NCBI GenBank assembly: GCA_009914755.4
Contig: CP068257.2
Location: 31,776,001-31,840,000 of the forward strand
Direction of reading: 5' to 3'
Source: the human T2T-CHM13v2.0 reference genome, Homo sapiens
DNA length: 64,000 nucleotides
In this document: positions 15,748-35,299 of the stretch, piece by piece
Layout of the letters: the number at the start of each line of letters is the position of its first letter
Numbering within the stretch: position 1 is the stretch's first letter
Translations under genes and position numbers: made by a program
The notes under the pieces: generated by a model
What the model saw: only the letters and a program-made list of their open reading frames with translations
Told to the model about the DNA's origin: nothing
The model's database searches: none

Positions 15748-17039
15748 TGTGTGTGTAAACCAAACCAGACTGGGGTCACACTTCTGGGGTCTATTTCCTT
15801 TTTTATTTTAACTTGATGTAGTTAAATGTGAGCATTTTTTCATGTAATTATTTCTGTGTGGACATTGTATGTTTCATTATGTGACATATCACATGTGTTG
15901 TATTTAACTTTTCCCCAGTCATGGGCGTAGACAGTTGGCAGCTTGTGCCTGTCCTAAGTCATGACCTCGTACATGAATCATATCTGGTTATTTTCTTACA
16001 CTTCTAGAAGAGAGGTTGCTGGGTCAAAGGGGATGGACTTACTTAATGTTTTTGTGAGTGACCTCACAAAGGCTGGACATAGCTCTTGAGTCCCAGGGAC
16101 AGGCTGAGCCCCGGCAGTGGCAGGGGTTTGGGGGAGCAGGCCCTGCACTGCATTTGAGGAAGAGCCGTGCATGTTGCTCTTGGAGGAGGAGGAGCGGGGC
16201 GGTTAGAGGGTCTTTAGGTATCTGTCTACCTTGAAAAAGAAATCACTCACCTCTTCCAGAGCACGCCCCTCACCCCCGACCTGAGAGGAGAGGCTCGTGG
16301 TTTGCGATCCCTCTCCCCATTAGGGTCTGTCACCCTGGGGCTGAGTAGTAGGTATCTATGGCGGGTGTCTTCATGGAAGCCCTGGCCACGCATCTTGAAG
16401 TGGCTTTCATCTTGTCCCTTGCAACTTAAGCGGAAGATGCATCTTGGAGAGGGTCGGAGGTACAGTTAGAAGCATGTGTGGTACGTGAAAGCCGGTGGTC
16501 GTGGGGATACAGAGCGGTCTCCAGTCTCGTCTCCTGTCTCCCATGGCCTTGCTTTCTGGGCCATAGTTGCTGTTGTAGGGGGATACTGTCCGCTGCCCCT
16601 ACTCAGGCTCCCAGCAGCCACCTCCTTGGCCTTTCTGAAGTCTGTCACCTAAGGCAAAGAGGTCAGAGCTGGGGACTAGAGTCCCACGTGGGAGTGTGGC
16701 ATTGGGACTCTGGGAAAGGCACTGTCATTCACAAGGATGTGTGGCCATGTATTTGGCAAGGTTTTCATATGGGTGAGACAAATCCTCTTTGAATGGGCAG
16801 CTATGGGTGGAAAGAAACTCCGCACCAGCAGGAAGCAGGACTGGAGTTTGTATTAACACAGTTCCATTCCCAAAACATAGGCTACAGAGACTGAGTTTGA
16901 AGTATTAAAATCAGTTATGGGATGGAATGGGAGAAAATATTTGCAAATCATCTATCTGACAAGGGACTTGTATCCAGAATAGATAACGAACTCTTACAAT
17001 TCAACAATTAGAAGACAAATAACCCAATTAAAAACCACA

Positions 17040-17188
17040 GCTGGGCACAAGGGATCACACCTGTAATCCCAGCACTTTGGGAGGCCAAGGCAGGAGGATT
17101 ACTTGAGTCTAGGAGTTCAAGACCAGCCTGGGCAACAAGGAGAGACCCCCAACTCTACAAAGAAATTAAAAATAAAAATAACAGTAGC
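17040..17188 (+). mobile_element. Alu left-monomer-like fragment (FLAM-like)
   Basis: gctgggcacaagggatcacacctgtaatcccagcactttgggaggccaaggcaggaggattacttgag... with an A-rich tail. Confidence 0.7.
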
Positions 17189-17189
17189 A

Positions 17190-17625
<436 letters not shown>

Positions 17626-17754
17626 GCGGGGGGGAACTGTATGGTACATATAAATTGTATCTCAATAAACCTGTGTTTTGAACAAAAGCTCTGGGGAAAC
17701 TATTACACATGAAACAGAGAATTCTGTGAATTGAAATCCTTTTTTCCTTCCCAG

Positions 17755-17960
17755 CACCGACAGTAAATGGTTCACGGCCGACATCATGTCCATAGGGGTG
17801 AATTGTACACAGATCACAGCAACAGAGTGTGACTTCACTGCCGCCAGTCCCTCAGCAGGCTTCCCAATGGATTTCAATGTCACTCTACGCCTTCGAGCTG
17901 AGCTGGGAGCACTCCATTCTGCCTGGGTGACAATGCCTTGGTTTCAACACTATCGGAATG
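17755..17960 (+). CDS. IFNGR2: IFNGR2 coding exon 3 (YTDSKWFTADIMSIGVNCTQITATECDFTAASPSAGFPMDFNVTLRLRAELGALHSAWVTMPWFQHYRN)
   Basis: Acceptor ttccttcccag ends at 17754 and donor gtaaga begins at 17961. Translation matches IFNGR2 fibronectin-III domain 1, and the frame is continuous with exons 2 and 4. Confidence 0.93.
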
Positions 17961-18823
17961 GTAAGAGAACTTGAGTATAGAACTTCCTTTATACTTTCCA
18001 GGTTTTCTTCACTTGCGGTATCGACTCCACACACCTCTGTCCTGCCTGTCACCCTAAATGACCAGCAGACAAATGGGTAGGACAGTCAAACCCACACTCT
18101 GACCTTGGAGGCTGATGCTAAGGGAGTGTGATTTGCTAAACCAGGGGTTGGCCAACTACAGCCTGCAGGCCAAATCGGGCCCACCACTTGTTTTTGTAAA
18201 TAAAGTTTTATTGGAACACACAGTTACATCCATCTTTTATTGTGTCTATGACTGCTTTCACACTACAATGGTAGAGTAGTTGCAATAGCAGCTGTTGAGC
18301 CTGCAAAGTCTAAATTTACTGTGGCTCTTTACTGAAAAAGTTTGCCAACCTCATGCTAGAAGGGATGCTAGCATATCTCTCTGATCACCCTTACTTATTC
18401 TGGTGCAACTTCTTTTGTGTTGCAGAATAGGCACCTTGAATGGTGCCTGGCATGTAGTAGGTATTCAGTAAATATTTGTTGAATGACTGAGTGAACAAAT
18501 ATGTCCCCAGATATTGGAAGGAGACAGAAGAACCCTCAGATTCCAGTTCCTACATTTGTTCCTCCAGTAATTCATTTGTCACGTAGTCAGCCATGCCAGA
18601 TGTTTCTTCCGTGTCTGGTTTATGCACACACAGGGCATGAAACTTACATGGATCTTGATTTAGACAAACTAATGTATAAGACAATTGAAATGTGATCACC
18701 GTCTAGATATTTGATATATAATGAACAATTTTATTGTTGACTTATTTTCAGTGTTATAATGGTGTTTTGGTTATGATTTTTAAAGGAGGAGGAGGTCTGG
18801 TTAAGATGTTAAAGTTTATGTTA

Positions 18824-19177
<354 letters not shown>

Positions 19178-19298
19178 CAAAATAATCCAAAGAACAGGAG
19201 GGACAAGGACAAAGCTTCCAGGCATAGAAGAAACAAAATTGGCCATAAGTTGACAGTTGATTCAGTTGGGTAATTAGTACATGAGTGTTTGTTAATGA

Positions 19299-19613
<315 letters not shown>

Positions 19614-19662
19614 CTATCTTCTCTCTACTTTCTATGTGTTTGAAATTTTCTGTAATAAAAAG

Positions 19663-19979
19663 TTTTTTTTTGTTGTTGTTGTTTTTGAGGTGGAGTCTTG
19701 CACTGTCGCCCAGGCTGGCGTGCAGTGGTGCAGTCTCGGCTCACTGCAACCTCTGCCTCCTGGGTTCAAGTGATTCTCCCTCCCGGGTTCAAGTGAGCCT
19801 CCCAAGTAGCTGGGACTACAGGTGCACGCCACTATGCCCGTCTAATTTTTTGTATTTTTAGTAGAGACGGGATTTCACCATGTTGTCCAGGCTGGCCTCT
19901 AACTCCTGACCTCGTGATCCGCCCATCTCAGCCTCCCAAAGTGCTAGGATTACAGGCGTGAGAGCCACCGTGCCCGGCC
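19663..19979 (-). mobile_element. Alu SINE with an internal about 20-bp duplication (gggttcaagtga)
   Basis: T-rich tail, then gaggtggagtcttgcactgtcgcccaggctggcgtgcagtgg... Confidence 0.85.
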
Positions 19980-20002
19980 AATAAAAAGTTTTTTAGAGAG
20001 GA

Positions 20003-20105
20003 TCATGCCTGTAATCTTAGCCCATTGGGAGGCTGAGGTGGGAGGATCGCTTGAGCTCAGGAGTTCAAGATGAGCCTGGGGAATATAGCAAGACCCCATC
20101 TCTAT
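20003..20105 (+). mobile_element. Alu left-monomer fragment followed by a T17 tract
   Basis: gatcatgcctgtaatcttagcccattgggaggctgaggtgggaggatcgcttgagctcaggagttcaagatgagcctgggg. Confidence 0.65.
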
Positions 20106-20138
20106 TTTTTTTTTTTTTTTAATCAGTGGTTTGTGCTA

Positions 20139-20591
<453 letters not shown>

Positions 20592-21012
20592 GAATGATAC
20601 TTACCGCCACTGCCCAGGGATCAAGAGAAGGTAACAGAAGCAGGATGTATCGTGACAGTGGGTCCGGTGCCAGCCAGCTGCCGCTTCCGGCCGGAGTCAA
20701 GCACCCATGTTTCTGTTAGTTACTGGCTGGGTTGCTGTTCTCTGCCCTCGTGCTTGAAAAGCTTGACACAGTGGTGGTCTCATGTCACATCTGCCACTTT
20801 CACCTCTGCTGGTGGCGTTAGAATCAGTAATGGATATGGAGGTGGTTTACCAAGCGGAGGAGTGAGATGGTGGTTGGAGGGGGCAGGCTTTAGCATCACC
20901 CTCACCTGGGTTCATATCCCAACTCTGCCATTTATTGGCTGTGTTACTGTGGGCAAGTAGTGTCACCTCCTGGCTTCCGTTTCCTCGTCTGAGAAATGGG
21001 GATAACCTTATT

Positions 21013-21486
<474 letters not shown>

Positions 21487-22380
21487 CCGTGATACCCTTA
21501 TTTGGCAGTGACACTGATCGTGAGAGGCTTCGTGGAAAGGCCATTTACCTGGAGACTCCACACATTGTCGTCCAGTGTTCCCTAGAGCCAGCCTTCCTCC
21601 AGTGCTGTGAGAGGAGGCAGATTGTTCTCGCCTCTAGATGAGGTTTACTGGGTTCATGTCAGATTCCGGGCCAGGACTCTCTTCAGAAGGGCAGGTCTGA
21701 GCCCTGTGTTTTCAGCCGTGCAGTGGCCAGCTGTGGCTGGTGTCCACACTCCCATGTGCTAATGGAGATGCCCAAAGAATGTGTCCAAAGCCAGTCCCTG
21801 CAGGTGCTTCTGCAACGCACTTCTGCACACTCTGCTCACTTAGCTGGGACAAGGGAAGCTGGAGAACGTGTGTGCTGGTGTCCCTGGGCAGGCTGAGTGG
21901 AAGAGCATTTTGTCACTAGCAGTCAATCCACAAACATCACTATGGCTGGTGGTGGGCCAGGCCTGACCTCACTTCTGCCACTGGGAGTTGTCTGGACTTA
22001 GCACCTCCACCAGAACAAATGAGGGGGCACAACTACAAACTCAGCAGTTCTTTTGCACAGAGAGAAGCTTGGCCAGATCATACACCTAACCCTCACCAAC
22101 CTGGAGTGCCCAGGGGAGAGAATCCAGCCCTGCTGTTGTGAACACACAGTGACAGGATTGTCTCCTTGTGTAAAATGTGCAGACATTGGTCTCTTAGAAC
22201 TTCGAGGACCCAAACTGTACTTTGATCTGAGTTTCTCTGGTGAATTATACAATGTGCATGCTTACTTAATAAATGCTTGATAACCCCTCATTGATAGCAC
22301 ATCATGAGTCACAGTCCTAGCCTGACCTGTGAATTATATGAAAAGCCTGAACAAATAGACTTACATGGCAACACTTCTCA

Positions 22381-22704
<324 letters not shown>

Positions 22705-22705
22705 A

Positions 22706-23130
<425 letters not shown>

Positions 23131-23152
23131 TCTCTTTGTAATTCTTTTTCAG

Positions 23153-23301
23153 TGACTGTCGGGCCTCCAGAAAACATTGAGGTGACCCCAGGAGAAGGCT
23201 CCCTCATCATCAGGTTCTCCTCTCCCTTTGACATCGCTGATACCTCCACGGCCTTTTTTTGTTATTATGTCCATTACTGGGAAAAAGGAGGAATCCAACA
23301 G
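23153..23301 (+). CDS. IFNGR2: IFNGR2 coding exon 4 (VTVGPPENIEVTPGEGSLIIRFSSPFDIADTSTAFFCYYVHYWEKGGIQQ)
   Basis: Acceptor ttctttttcag ends at 23152 and the exon ends ...caacag at 23301. It is followed by gcaaga, a GC donor. The junction QQ|VKG is fixed by the known protein sequence. Confidence 0.9.
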
Positions 23302-24112
23302 GCAAGAGCATCTTTCTTTTTTGTTTGGATTTTCTTTTCTTTGCAGTTTCTGGCTTAGCAAAAGAAAGAAACCTTTAACATGGGCAAGAACAGGGTGTCT
23401 CCATGTCCCCGTGTCCCCATAGAGGCTGAGCCCTGAGCCTGTTTTCATTGTCCTCTTCAAGACCTGTTTTTCCACTCGGTTTGCTGAGACCTCCCTCCGC
23501 CAGGCTGATCTGAAGGGCCAGCCATCCTTTGATGTCACTCTGTGTCCCTTGTGTGGGGTTGAGACTTTGCCGGTGCCCTGCTTACGATGCCTTTGCCACG
23601 CTCTGTAGTTTGGAGGAGGTTTTAGTGGGCCTGGTTCTCCATGAGGAATCCACAACTACAGCCTGCAAGGCTTAACTGTATAAATGTTTGAACAGTTTGT
23701 GAAAAGGGCACATGCGAAATCGGGGGGAAACAGAGGGAGAAAGAGCTTTCCAGAGAGCAGTACCAGCAGGTATGAGAAGGCGTGGCATACGTGGAGAACT
23801 GCAGGTGCTTAGATTGGTCAGAAATGCAATCCACAAGGGGCTGTGGCAGGTGCTCACGTTGACAGAGGTGCATGACATCAGAGCGGCCTGGTCAGCCTCG
23901 GGGAGTATAGGAAAAAGCATCATGGTCTTGAAGCATCTCCAGTGCCTAAATTATCCTAGCTGCATTTAAGGAGGTTCTGTTATCTATGGGAACTTCATGA
24001 TTTCCTAAATTCAACATTATGATGGTTTTTGATAATAAGAGCTTACATTTATTGAGAGCTTCCTTTGTGTTTGGCTCTGGGCCAGAATTTTAGATACTTC
24101 ATCTCATTTCAT

Positions 24113-24315
<203 letters not shown>

Positions 24316-24503
24316 TAATCCGTTTGCAGAGAGAGAATCCAAGTCGTTAAGTGGCTTGCCTCAGGTCAGCAGCGAATCACTGGCAGAGCAGAGCAGAGCA
24401 GAGATGCCTAGCTTCAGAGCCCTGCTCTTGACCACCATCTTTTTCTGCCACACGCTTTGTATCTGCACTTCTCCTTCATTTTTTTTTTTTTTAATTATTG
24501 TTC

Positions 24504-24792
24504 TTTTTTTGAGACAGTCTCACTGTCGCCCAGGCTAGAGTACTGTGGTACCATCTTGGCTCACTGCAACCTCTACCTCCCCGGCTCAAGCAGTCCACCC
24601 ACTTCAGCCACCCGAGTAGCTGGAACTACAGGCCTGTGCCAACCACACCTGGCTAATATTTTTAAATTTTTTTTTATAGAGATGGGGTTTTGCCATGTTG
24701 CCCAGGCTGGTCTCGAACTCCTGGTCTCAAGCGATCTGCCCACCTCAGTCTCCAAAAGTGCTGAGGTTACAGGCATGAGCCCGTTCCCAGCC
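24504..24792 (-). mobile_element. Alu SINE
   Basis: T-rich tail, then gagacagtctcactgtcgcccaggctagagtactgtgg... Confidence 0.85.
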
Positions 24793-25616
24793 TCCTCTTC
24801 ATTTCATTATGGGGAATATGAAACTGGGAAGAGTGAGACTCACTGAAAAACAGACTTAGCATCTAGGAAATAGGGAAAAATCATTTCTCCATATCAGAGC
24901 TCAAGATCTGGGTCGATTAGAATAGAGGGAGCCTGGCAGAATCCAGAAGAGAGACTCTGCCTCTTCCAAGTCTGTCCTCTCCAACTGGATACGGTGCCGG
25001 AAATGCAAGAGATAGGATGGGCCCTCTGGCCACGCTTTTCTCCACCCTTTGGTTGCTTTCTTCACTCGAGGGCACCGTGTTGCCATGCTCCCTCCCCAAG
25101 GGCCCGCCCATACTTTTGTTTTTTTAGGATGGAGTCCATCCACTTCTCTGCACTGAGTCAGCCCCCAGAGGGCGAGTTGCCACTTGTATCCTAGAGCTGG
25201 GCAGGGCTGCCCAGCACTGGAGAACTCAGCTCCAGGACCCTGGGGCCAGCCTTGTTGAGCAGCAAGCTCTAATGAAGAGCACACAGAACAGGCTTCCACT
25301 GCCTGGGACCCGCTTAGCACCATGTCACTTAGCCTCTCTGGGCTGCAGCTTCCTCGTGTATAAAATGAAACAACTGAGCTATAAGCTGGAGCCTGTGAAG
25401 AGGAGCAGCCGTGAGGGCCCCCAAGTCCCTTTCCTCCATTTGACCAGAGCATCTGTACTTGGCTTCCATGATCAAAAGGTTCAAGGATGAAAATGACTCT
25501 GAAAGCCACCAATGTGATCTTTGTTCCAGCTGTGAGTCTGTGTGTTAGGGTCCCCAAGACCCACCCTAGATCGCTCAAAGGACTCCCAGGACTCAGCACA
25601 GAGTCACACTCTGATT

Positions 25617-25725
25617 TCTTTTGTTTTGAGACAGAATTTCACTCTGTCTCCCAGGGTAGAGTGCAGTGCCACAATCTCGGCTCACGGGTTCAAGAGATTT
25701 TCCTGTCTCAGCCTCCACATCTGTG
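25617..25725 (-). mobile_element. Alu fragment
   Basis: ttttgagacagaatttcactctgtctcccagggtagagtgcagtgccacaatctcggctcacgggttcaagagattttcctgtctcagcctcc. Confidence 0.7.
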
Positions 25726-26127
25726 CCTGGCCCATACTCTGATTTTTTATAGCAAAAGGATGCAAAGCAAAATCGGCAAAGGGAAGAGGCACATGGAGGA
25801 AAGTCCGCAGGTGTCCAGGGGTAGGCTTCCAGGAGCCCTTCCTGAGCTGAGTCACGCAGGATACACTTCATTGCTCCACCAGCAAGCTGTGACTGCACAT
25901 GTGAACTGTTGTCTGCCAGGGAGGCTTATGAGAGACCCAGCGCCCAGGGCTTTTTCTGGGGGCTGGCCACATACGCACCCTCTGTGTAGCGTATGCCAAA
26001 ATTCCGACTCCCAGAAGGAAAACAGATGTTCCTCATAAAGAAAACACATTGTGCAAACAGTGTAGGGACGGTAAGCCACCTTACCAGTTTGGGAATGGGA
26101 GGGATAAACTTGAAATCCAAATTCCCA

Positions 26128-26450
<323 letters not shown>

Positions 26451-26711
26451 TCAGCTAAGGGTTGACCTGGAAATCAGGCCCTTCAAAGGGCATTAGTGTT
26501 AGGCCTGTTACGTTAGCTCTTCTGCAGTCTGTGACTCTAAATTTTAGGAATTCCAATTGAATGCTGAAATAAACCCAAAGGGAATTTTTGTCCTTAAAAT
26601 CGTGTCTTCCTCTGCCCTGGCAGTCCAACACCATTAAACAGAAGAAAAGAAAATGTAAAACCATCAAGTAATACTATTATTCATAGATCATACAATTACT
26701 TTTATATTTTT

Positions 26712-27023
<312 letters not shown>

Positions 27024-27533
27024 TATTTTTGTATTTTAAAAAATAACAACATGTTCTGTATTTGAATAATCTGCCTTTTTTCAGTTAACAATTTAGCAGC
27101 CTTGTCTTCCCATGTTTTCAAGCATATGTTATACCACCATTTCATGTGGCTGTAGTGGATTATATTGTATCTCAAAATTAGAAAACAGTTCTTTGCAAGA
27201 AACCCTATACTGCCATAATAGGGTATCGCTGTTTTCCACTTTGGTATGGGACAATGACAGCCTTGCCAGGACAACAGGAGCCATTGCCTGGAAGACCAGG
27301 TGGGGAGGCAGCAAGGCCTGCTCAAGGCAGCAGAGGGATGCGCAGAGGAGACACAGAACCTTCCTAGAGTCTAGGGTCCAGTTGTCTCCTGATGACATAA
27401 ATCCTTAAGGTCATTTTAGCTGAAACTATAGGAGGCTCAAGCACATTTCGGTCAAACTAGAAGCAGGTTGGGAATGAAAGGAACATTATTTCCCAGAATA
27501 ATTTTTTCTCTGTTGACTAACTTGAGGTATCTA

Positions 27534-28143
<610 letters not shown>

Positions 28144-28447
28144 AAAATGTTAAAGGAGAAAAAGATTATCCTAGAAATTGGGATTTACTGAAGTCTAGTT
28201 ACTACAATGGGCACTCTGAGACCTCACAGCCAGAAACACAGTTCTAAAGCTATCAGCCTCTTTGGCCACACAACACACCAATTTTCACACATAAAATGTG
28301 TCCACTGCCAGCCAGTGACCCACTAAAAATGGCATCTTGTTCTTCTTTGGTTGTCGTGTTCACAGTGAATTTGAGGAAACATCAGAAAAGATGTAGGCAG
28401 CTTGGCCATGTTCATTTACATGTGTGCTTGTGATGTTTTTAAAACAG

Positions 28448-28607
28448 GTCAAAGGCCCTTTCAGAAGCAACTCCATTTCATTGGATAACTTAAAACCCTC
28501 CAGAGTGTACTGTTTACAAGTCCAGGCACAACTGCTTTGGAACAAAAGTAACATCTTTAGAGTCGGGCATTTAAGCAACATATCTTGCTACGAAACAATG
28601 GCAGATG
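28448..28607 (+). CDS. IFNGR2: IFNGR2 coding exon 5 (VKGPFRSNSISLDNLKPSRVYCLQVQAQLLWNKSNIFRVGHLSNISCYETMAD)
   Basis: Acceptor ttttaaaacag ends at 28447 and donor gtaaaa begins at 28608. Exact protein match with phase 0 in and phase 1 out. Confidence 0.93.
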
Positions 28608-28947
28608 GTAAAATATACCTTCTTATGTCCTTTCTGAACTGGGAAAAGAATACTCCTCCAATAGTGAAATCGGGGAATGCTTATGAGGTCATGGGTGGTG
28701 GGAGTGGGGAGACCCAGTGAGAAGAGTGCTGAACTGCAGGAATAATGAGCTTGTGCTGAGATTTGCAGTAGTGGAGGCTACCAGACAGCTACCACTTGCT
28801 TTATTTCATTACAGGATTGACTTTAGCTATTAATGTAAGCATACCAGGTGAGGGTGGGGGGTAGAGGGACTTGCCCATTTTACTAGGACAGGAATGCTCT
28901 TTAAGCAGCATGGATGGAACATTAACTGATGTTTGTGTTGTGCGTAG

Positions 28948-29456
<509 letters not shown>

Positions 29457-30455
29457 ACGCAGACATCTTAATGGTGACACATCAGGGCCCCACTGCCCCT
29501 GGCAACCCCTAAGAGTGCAGCTGTGGGCAAAGCCGTGGACACAGAGATTTGGGTTACAAATGGTATGGGGTTGTTTGTACACCCATGTTCATGTTGACAC
29601 GATTCACAACAGCCAAAAGGTGGAAGCACTCCGGTGTCGTTGAAGGATTAATAGATAAATCTTTAATAGATGGTCTTTCCATACAATGGAATATCATTCA
29701 GCCTTAGAAAGGAAGGGGATTGTGACACATCCTACCACACACATGGACCTTGAGGACATTATGCTGAGTAGAGTAGGGCAGTCACAAAAGGATACTGTCT
29801 GCTTCCACTTAAATGAGGTCCCCAGAGTCATCAAATCCATAAAGACAGGAAGTAGAATGGTGGTTGCGGTGGTGGAGGGAGGGAAGTGGGAAGTTCGTGT
29901 TGAATGGGGCCAGAGTTTCAGTTCTGGGGCTGTACAGAGTTCTGGAGATGGATGGTGGTCATGATTGCACAATGTGAATGTGCTTGGCACTACCGAACTG
30001 TACACCTAAAAAGAGTTATGATGGTACATTTTATGTTATGTGTATTTTACCACAATTTAATTTTTTTTTTTTAATGGCATGGGGTTGGCTAAAAAGGTGG
30101 CCTGGCCTGGAGATTGGCTGCAGTAGACCCCTCTCCGAGGCAGCAGGTCTCCTCTGCTGTCTGGAGAATGCTCCAGGGAAGTGGCCTGGCTGGAGGACGT
30201 GAAGGCGGTGGAGACAGTGATCAGGAGCTTGAGCTTTGGGGCCCACAGGGTGCTTAGGAGGGCCCTAAGGCAGAGTCAACACCCAGAGCTGTGAGTGCCA
30301 GGCCCCGTGTACCCATTGCCCAGTGGGTATTGCTAATATTTGAAAGGACTTGAGAAAGAACAGTAGCGTGGGTCTTGTGGAAAGTCTTATTTTCCTGCAT
30401 AACCCCAGCCCCCTGAGGCTCTGTGAGGCCATTGGGCCTTCTGAGGACACGGTCA

Positions 30456-30833
<378 letters not shown>

Positions 30834-31874
30834 TCACATTATTCTTGGGTAAACCTAGAGTAAAGGTGTTGGAAGCAGAATGTTACTCAGTTACATGTGG
30901 GATGAACAGAGGTTAGATAAGGTCCAAGTCTGCAGAAACATAGCAGCACTTTCAGAAAGAACCCTAGTCACTTGTTCCTTCATCTGCCATGATGTATTGT
31001 AGGTACACAGGCAGTATACAGATTCCCTACTAGAACCTCCCTGGTTAATATTGTCACAAAATCACAGCTCCTAACAGGTCTCAGAATCTTACTTGCAGTA
31101 ATAATCTCTCTCTCTCCTGGTAGAACTACCAGCTGAGCCCCAGTACATGAATATACTATGAGTCATTCCTCTGAGACATGAACAGAAAACACAGGCCTGT
31201 CAGTTCACTTTTCTAGGAAAGCATAAAGAACATCCGCCAAAGGTCTCTGAGTTACATGGGAACAGTGAATCATGTTTCACTTATAATTCTGGGGTTTCAC
31301 AAGGGTACATGTTTTGGTTTTGTTCCTCTTTCAGTCAGTCAGCTACAAGCTTATTGTCTTCCAGTATCTTTCAGCATTTCCAAGAGCTAGACACTAGATT
31401 CTTGGTAACTTGGTGAATCTATGGCTAAGCCTAAAGCCTGCGGGAGCAAAAGGGAAATTAATCGCTGGGAAACACCCCTTTATATGTTAAGGCCTAAGGC
31501 CCTCGCTCCCAGATTCTCTGCTTGCTGTGCGCTGGTGCAAGGGGAGGGGTGGAGGAGTGCCTGAGACCAATGCTTGTGAACTTGCCCTCTTTTTCCCCAT
31601 CACAGCTGAACAAGAGCCCCCAGTCCCTCCTTCACTGAAAGGTTACAATTTTAGAGACGTCTTAAGATTAATAACCCACAGGCCTACACTGAGGGTTGCA
31701 AGGAAGAACTTGCTTTTCTTCCAATCAGAAAATCAGAAGAAAAAAACAAAACTTGCTTTTCCTGAGTTTTGCCCTTTTAAACTCTCAGCATATTAACATG
31801 GTCAGCCCTGGGATGAGTATTAAAGTGATTACTGAGATGAGGGGTAAGGAGTATTCAACTATTAGAAGTTGTTG

Positions 31875-33030
<1,156 letters not shown>

Positions 33031-33100
33031 ACTAAAGTTAAAAGGTCTGGTATACTGAACTGGTAAACTAATTACAATTTTGCTTTCCAACCTCCTCAAG

Positions 33101-33235
33101 TATTTAAAAGACCCAACTCAGCCCATCTTAGAGGCCTTGGACAAGGACAGCTCACCAAAGGATGACGTCTGGGACTCTGTGTCCATTATCTCGTTTCCGG
33201 AAAAGGAGCAAGAAGATGTTCTCCAAACGCTTTGA
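33101..33235 (+). CDS. IFNGR2: IFNGR2 last coding exon (YLKDPTQPILEALDKDSSPKDDVWDSVSIISFPEKEQEDVLQTL*), stop TGA 33233-33235
   Basis: Acceptor cctcctcaag ends at 33100. Translation matches the IFNGR2 C-terminus exactly, followed by a stop codon. Confidence 0.93.
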   Translation, partial: YLKDPTQPILEALDKDSSPKDDVWDSVSIISFPEKEQEDVLQTL

Positions 33236-33785
33236 ACCAAAGCATGGGCCTAGCCCACTGGCTCCCTGGAAGAGATCAAGCCATCGGAGCTGCTAGAGTT
33301 CTGTCTGGACTTTCCAGAGACCAGTATTCCCTTTTGCTGCCTCTAAAAGGCCTGTCCCTGCAGACATGAGAGACAGCAGGTCTCATGGGGGTGACAAGCT
33401 TTTTTTTTTTTTCTTAAAGAATTTTCAAAATCAAATTCCAGAATGATTTTACGGAGATATCCCAGGAAAATTAAGGCTTCTCTTAAACACTAAAAAGGCA
33501 TGTAATTGCTTGTTAGCAAAATGGATATGACACATCTCTGATACTTTTTTCATTATTGGTTGGGCTGAGCAGTCAGAAGACCTGGTCGTCGTCTTGACTT
33601 TGGCAAATGAGCCGGAGCCCCTTGGGCAGGTCACACAACCTGTCCCAGCGAGGGACACCGAGTGGCCCTTCATGTACATCCATGGTGTGCTGGCTTAAAA
33701 TGTAATTAATCTTGTAAATATACTCCTAGTAATTTAAGATTTTGTTTTTAAACTGGAAATAAAAGATTGTATAGTGCATGTTTTT
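33236..33785 (+). other. IFNGR2: IFNGR2 3'UTR (to the proximal poly(A) site; longer isoforms cannot be excluded)
   Basis: Non-repeat sequence after the stop codon with AATAAA at 33758-33763. Downstream of about 33790 the sequence becomes AT-rich intergenic and then Alu. Confidence 0.6.
33758..33763 (+). terminator. IFNGR2: Polyadenylation signal AATAAA (IFNGR2)
   Basis: ggaaataaaagattgtatagtgc motif about 525 nt after the stop codon. A U/GU-rich stretch follows (gtatagtgcatgttttttaaagtctatgtg). Confidence 0.6.
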
Positions 33786-33968
33786 TAAAGTCTATGTGAA
33801 GTGTTTTCTTTATTGTAGCCTATTTTCTGCAGAGTTTCAGCTTTCTAAAATTACTCAATCTAAACTTGTTTTTTCTTAAATAACACCTGCTAGAGCTACT
33901 GAGGCCTCATGGGAACTCAGCAAACACTTCCTATGGATGTCACTTGATCCTCCAAAGGTTATAAAGAA

Positions 33969-34575
<607 letters not shown>

Positions 34576-34788
34576 AAGTTATAAGGGGGATTTGCAGAAG
34601 GCACATTAGCACTTCATTTATATGTGACAAGTCACACTGTGTTGACCAAGGCAGGGATTTGTGGGCAATAAAGAGAATTAACTGATTAATCAATAGTAAT
34701 GTTATCTACTGAGCACGCAAGTCATCTGATTGTGTCAGTACTGTCGGGCTCTGTTGTTCAAAGGATATGTATTTAAAATCCATTTATA

Positions 34789-35299
<511 letters not shown>

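Noticed and set aside
23149-23655. 168-aa minus-strand ORF overlapping IFNGR2 exon 4
   Set aside because: It is antisense to a validated coding exon and extends into intron sequence. It is a chance ORF.
24901-25599. 232-aa ORF on the minus strand (longest ORF in the window)
   Set aside because: It sits in an intron of IFNGR2 in GC-rich DNA, with a low-complexity translation, no recognisable domain or homology, and no splice or Kozak context I can support.
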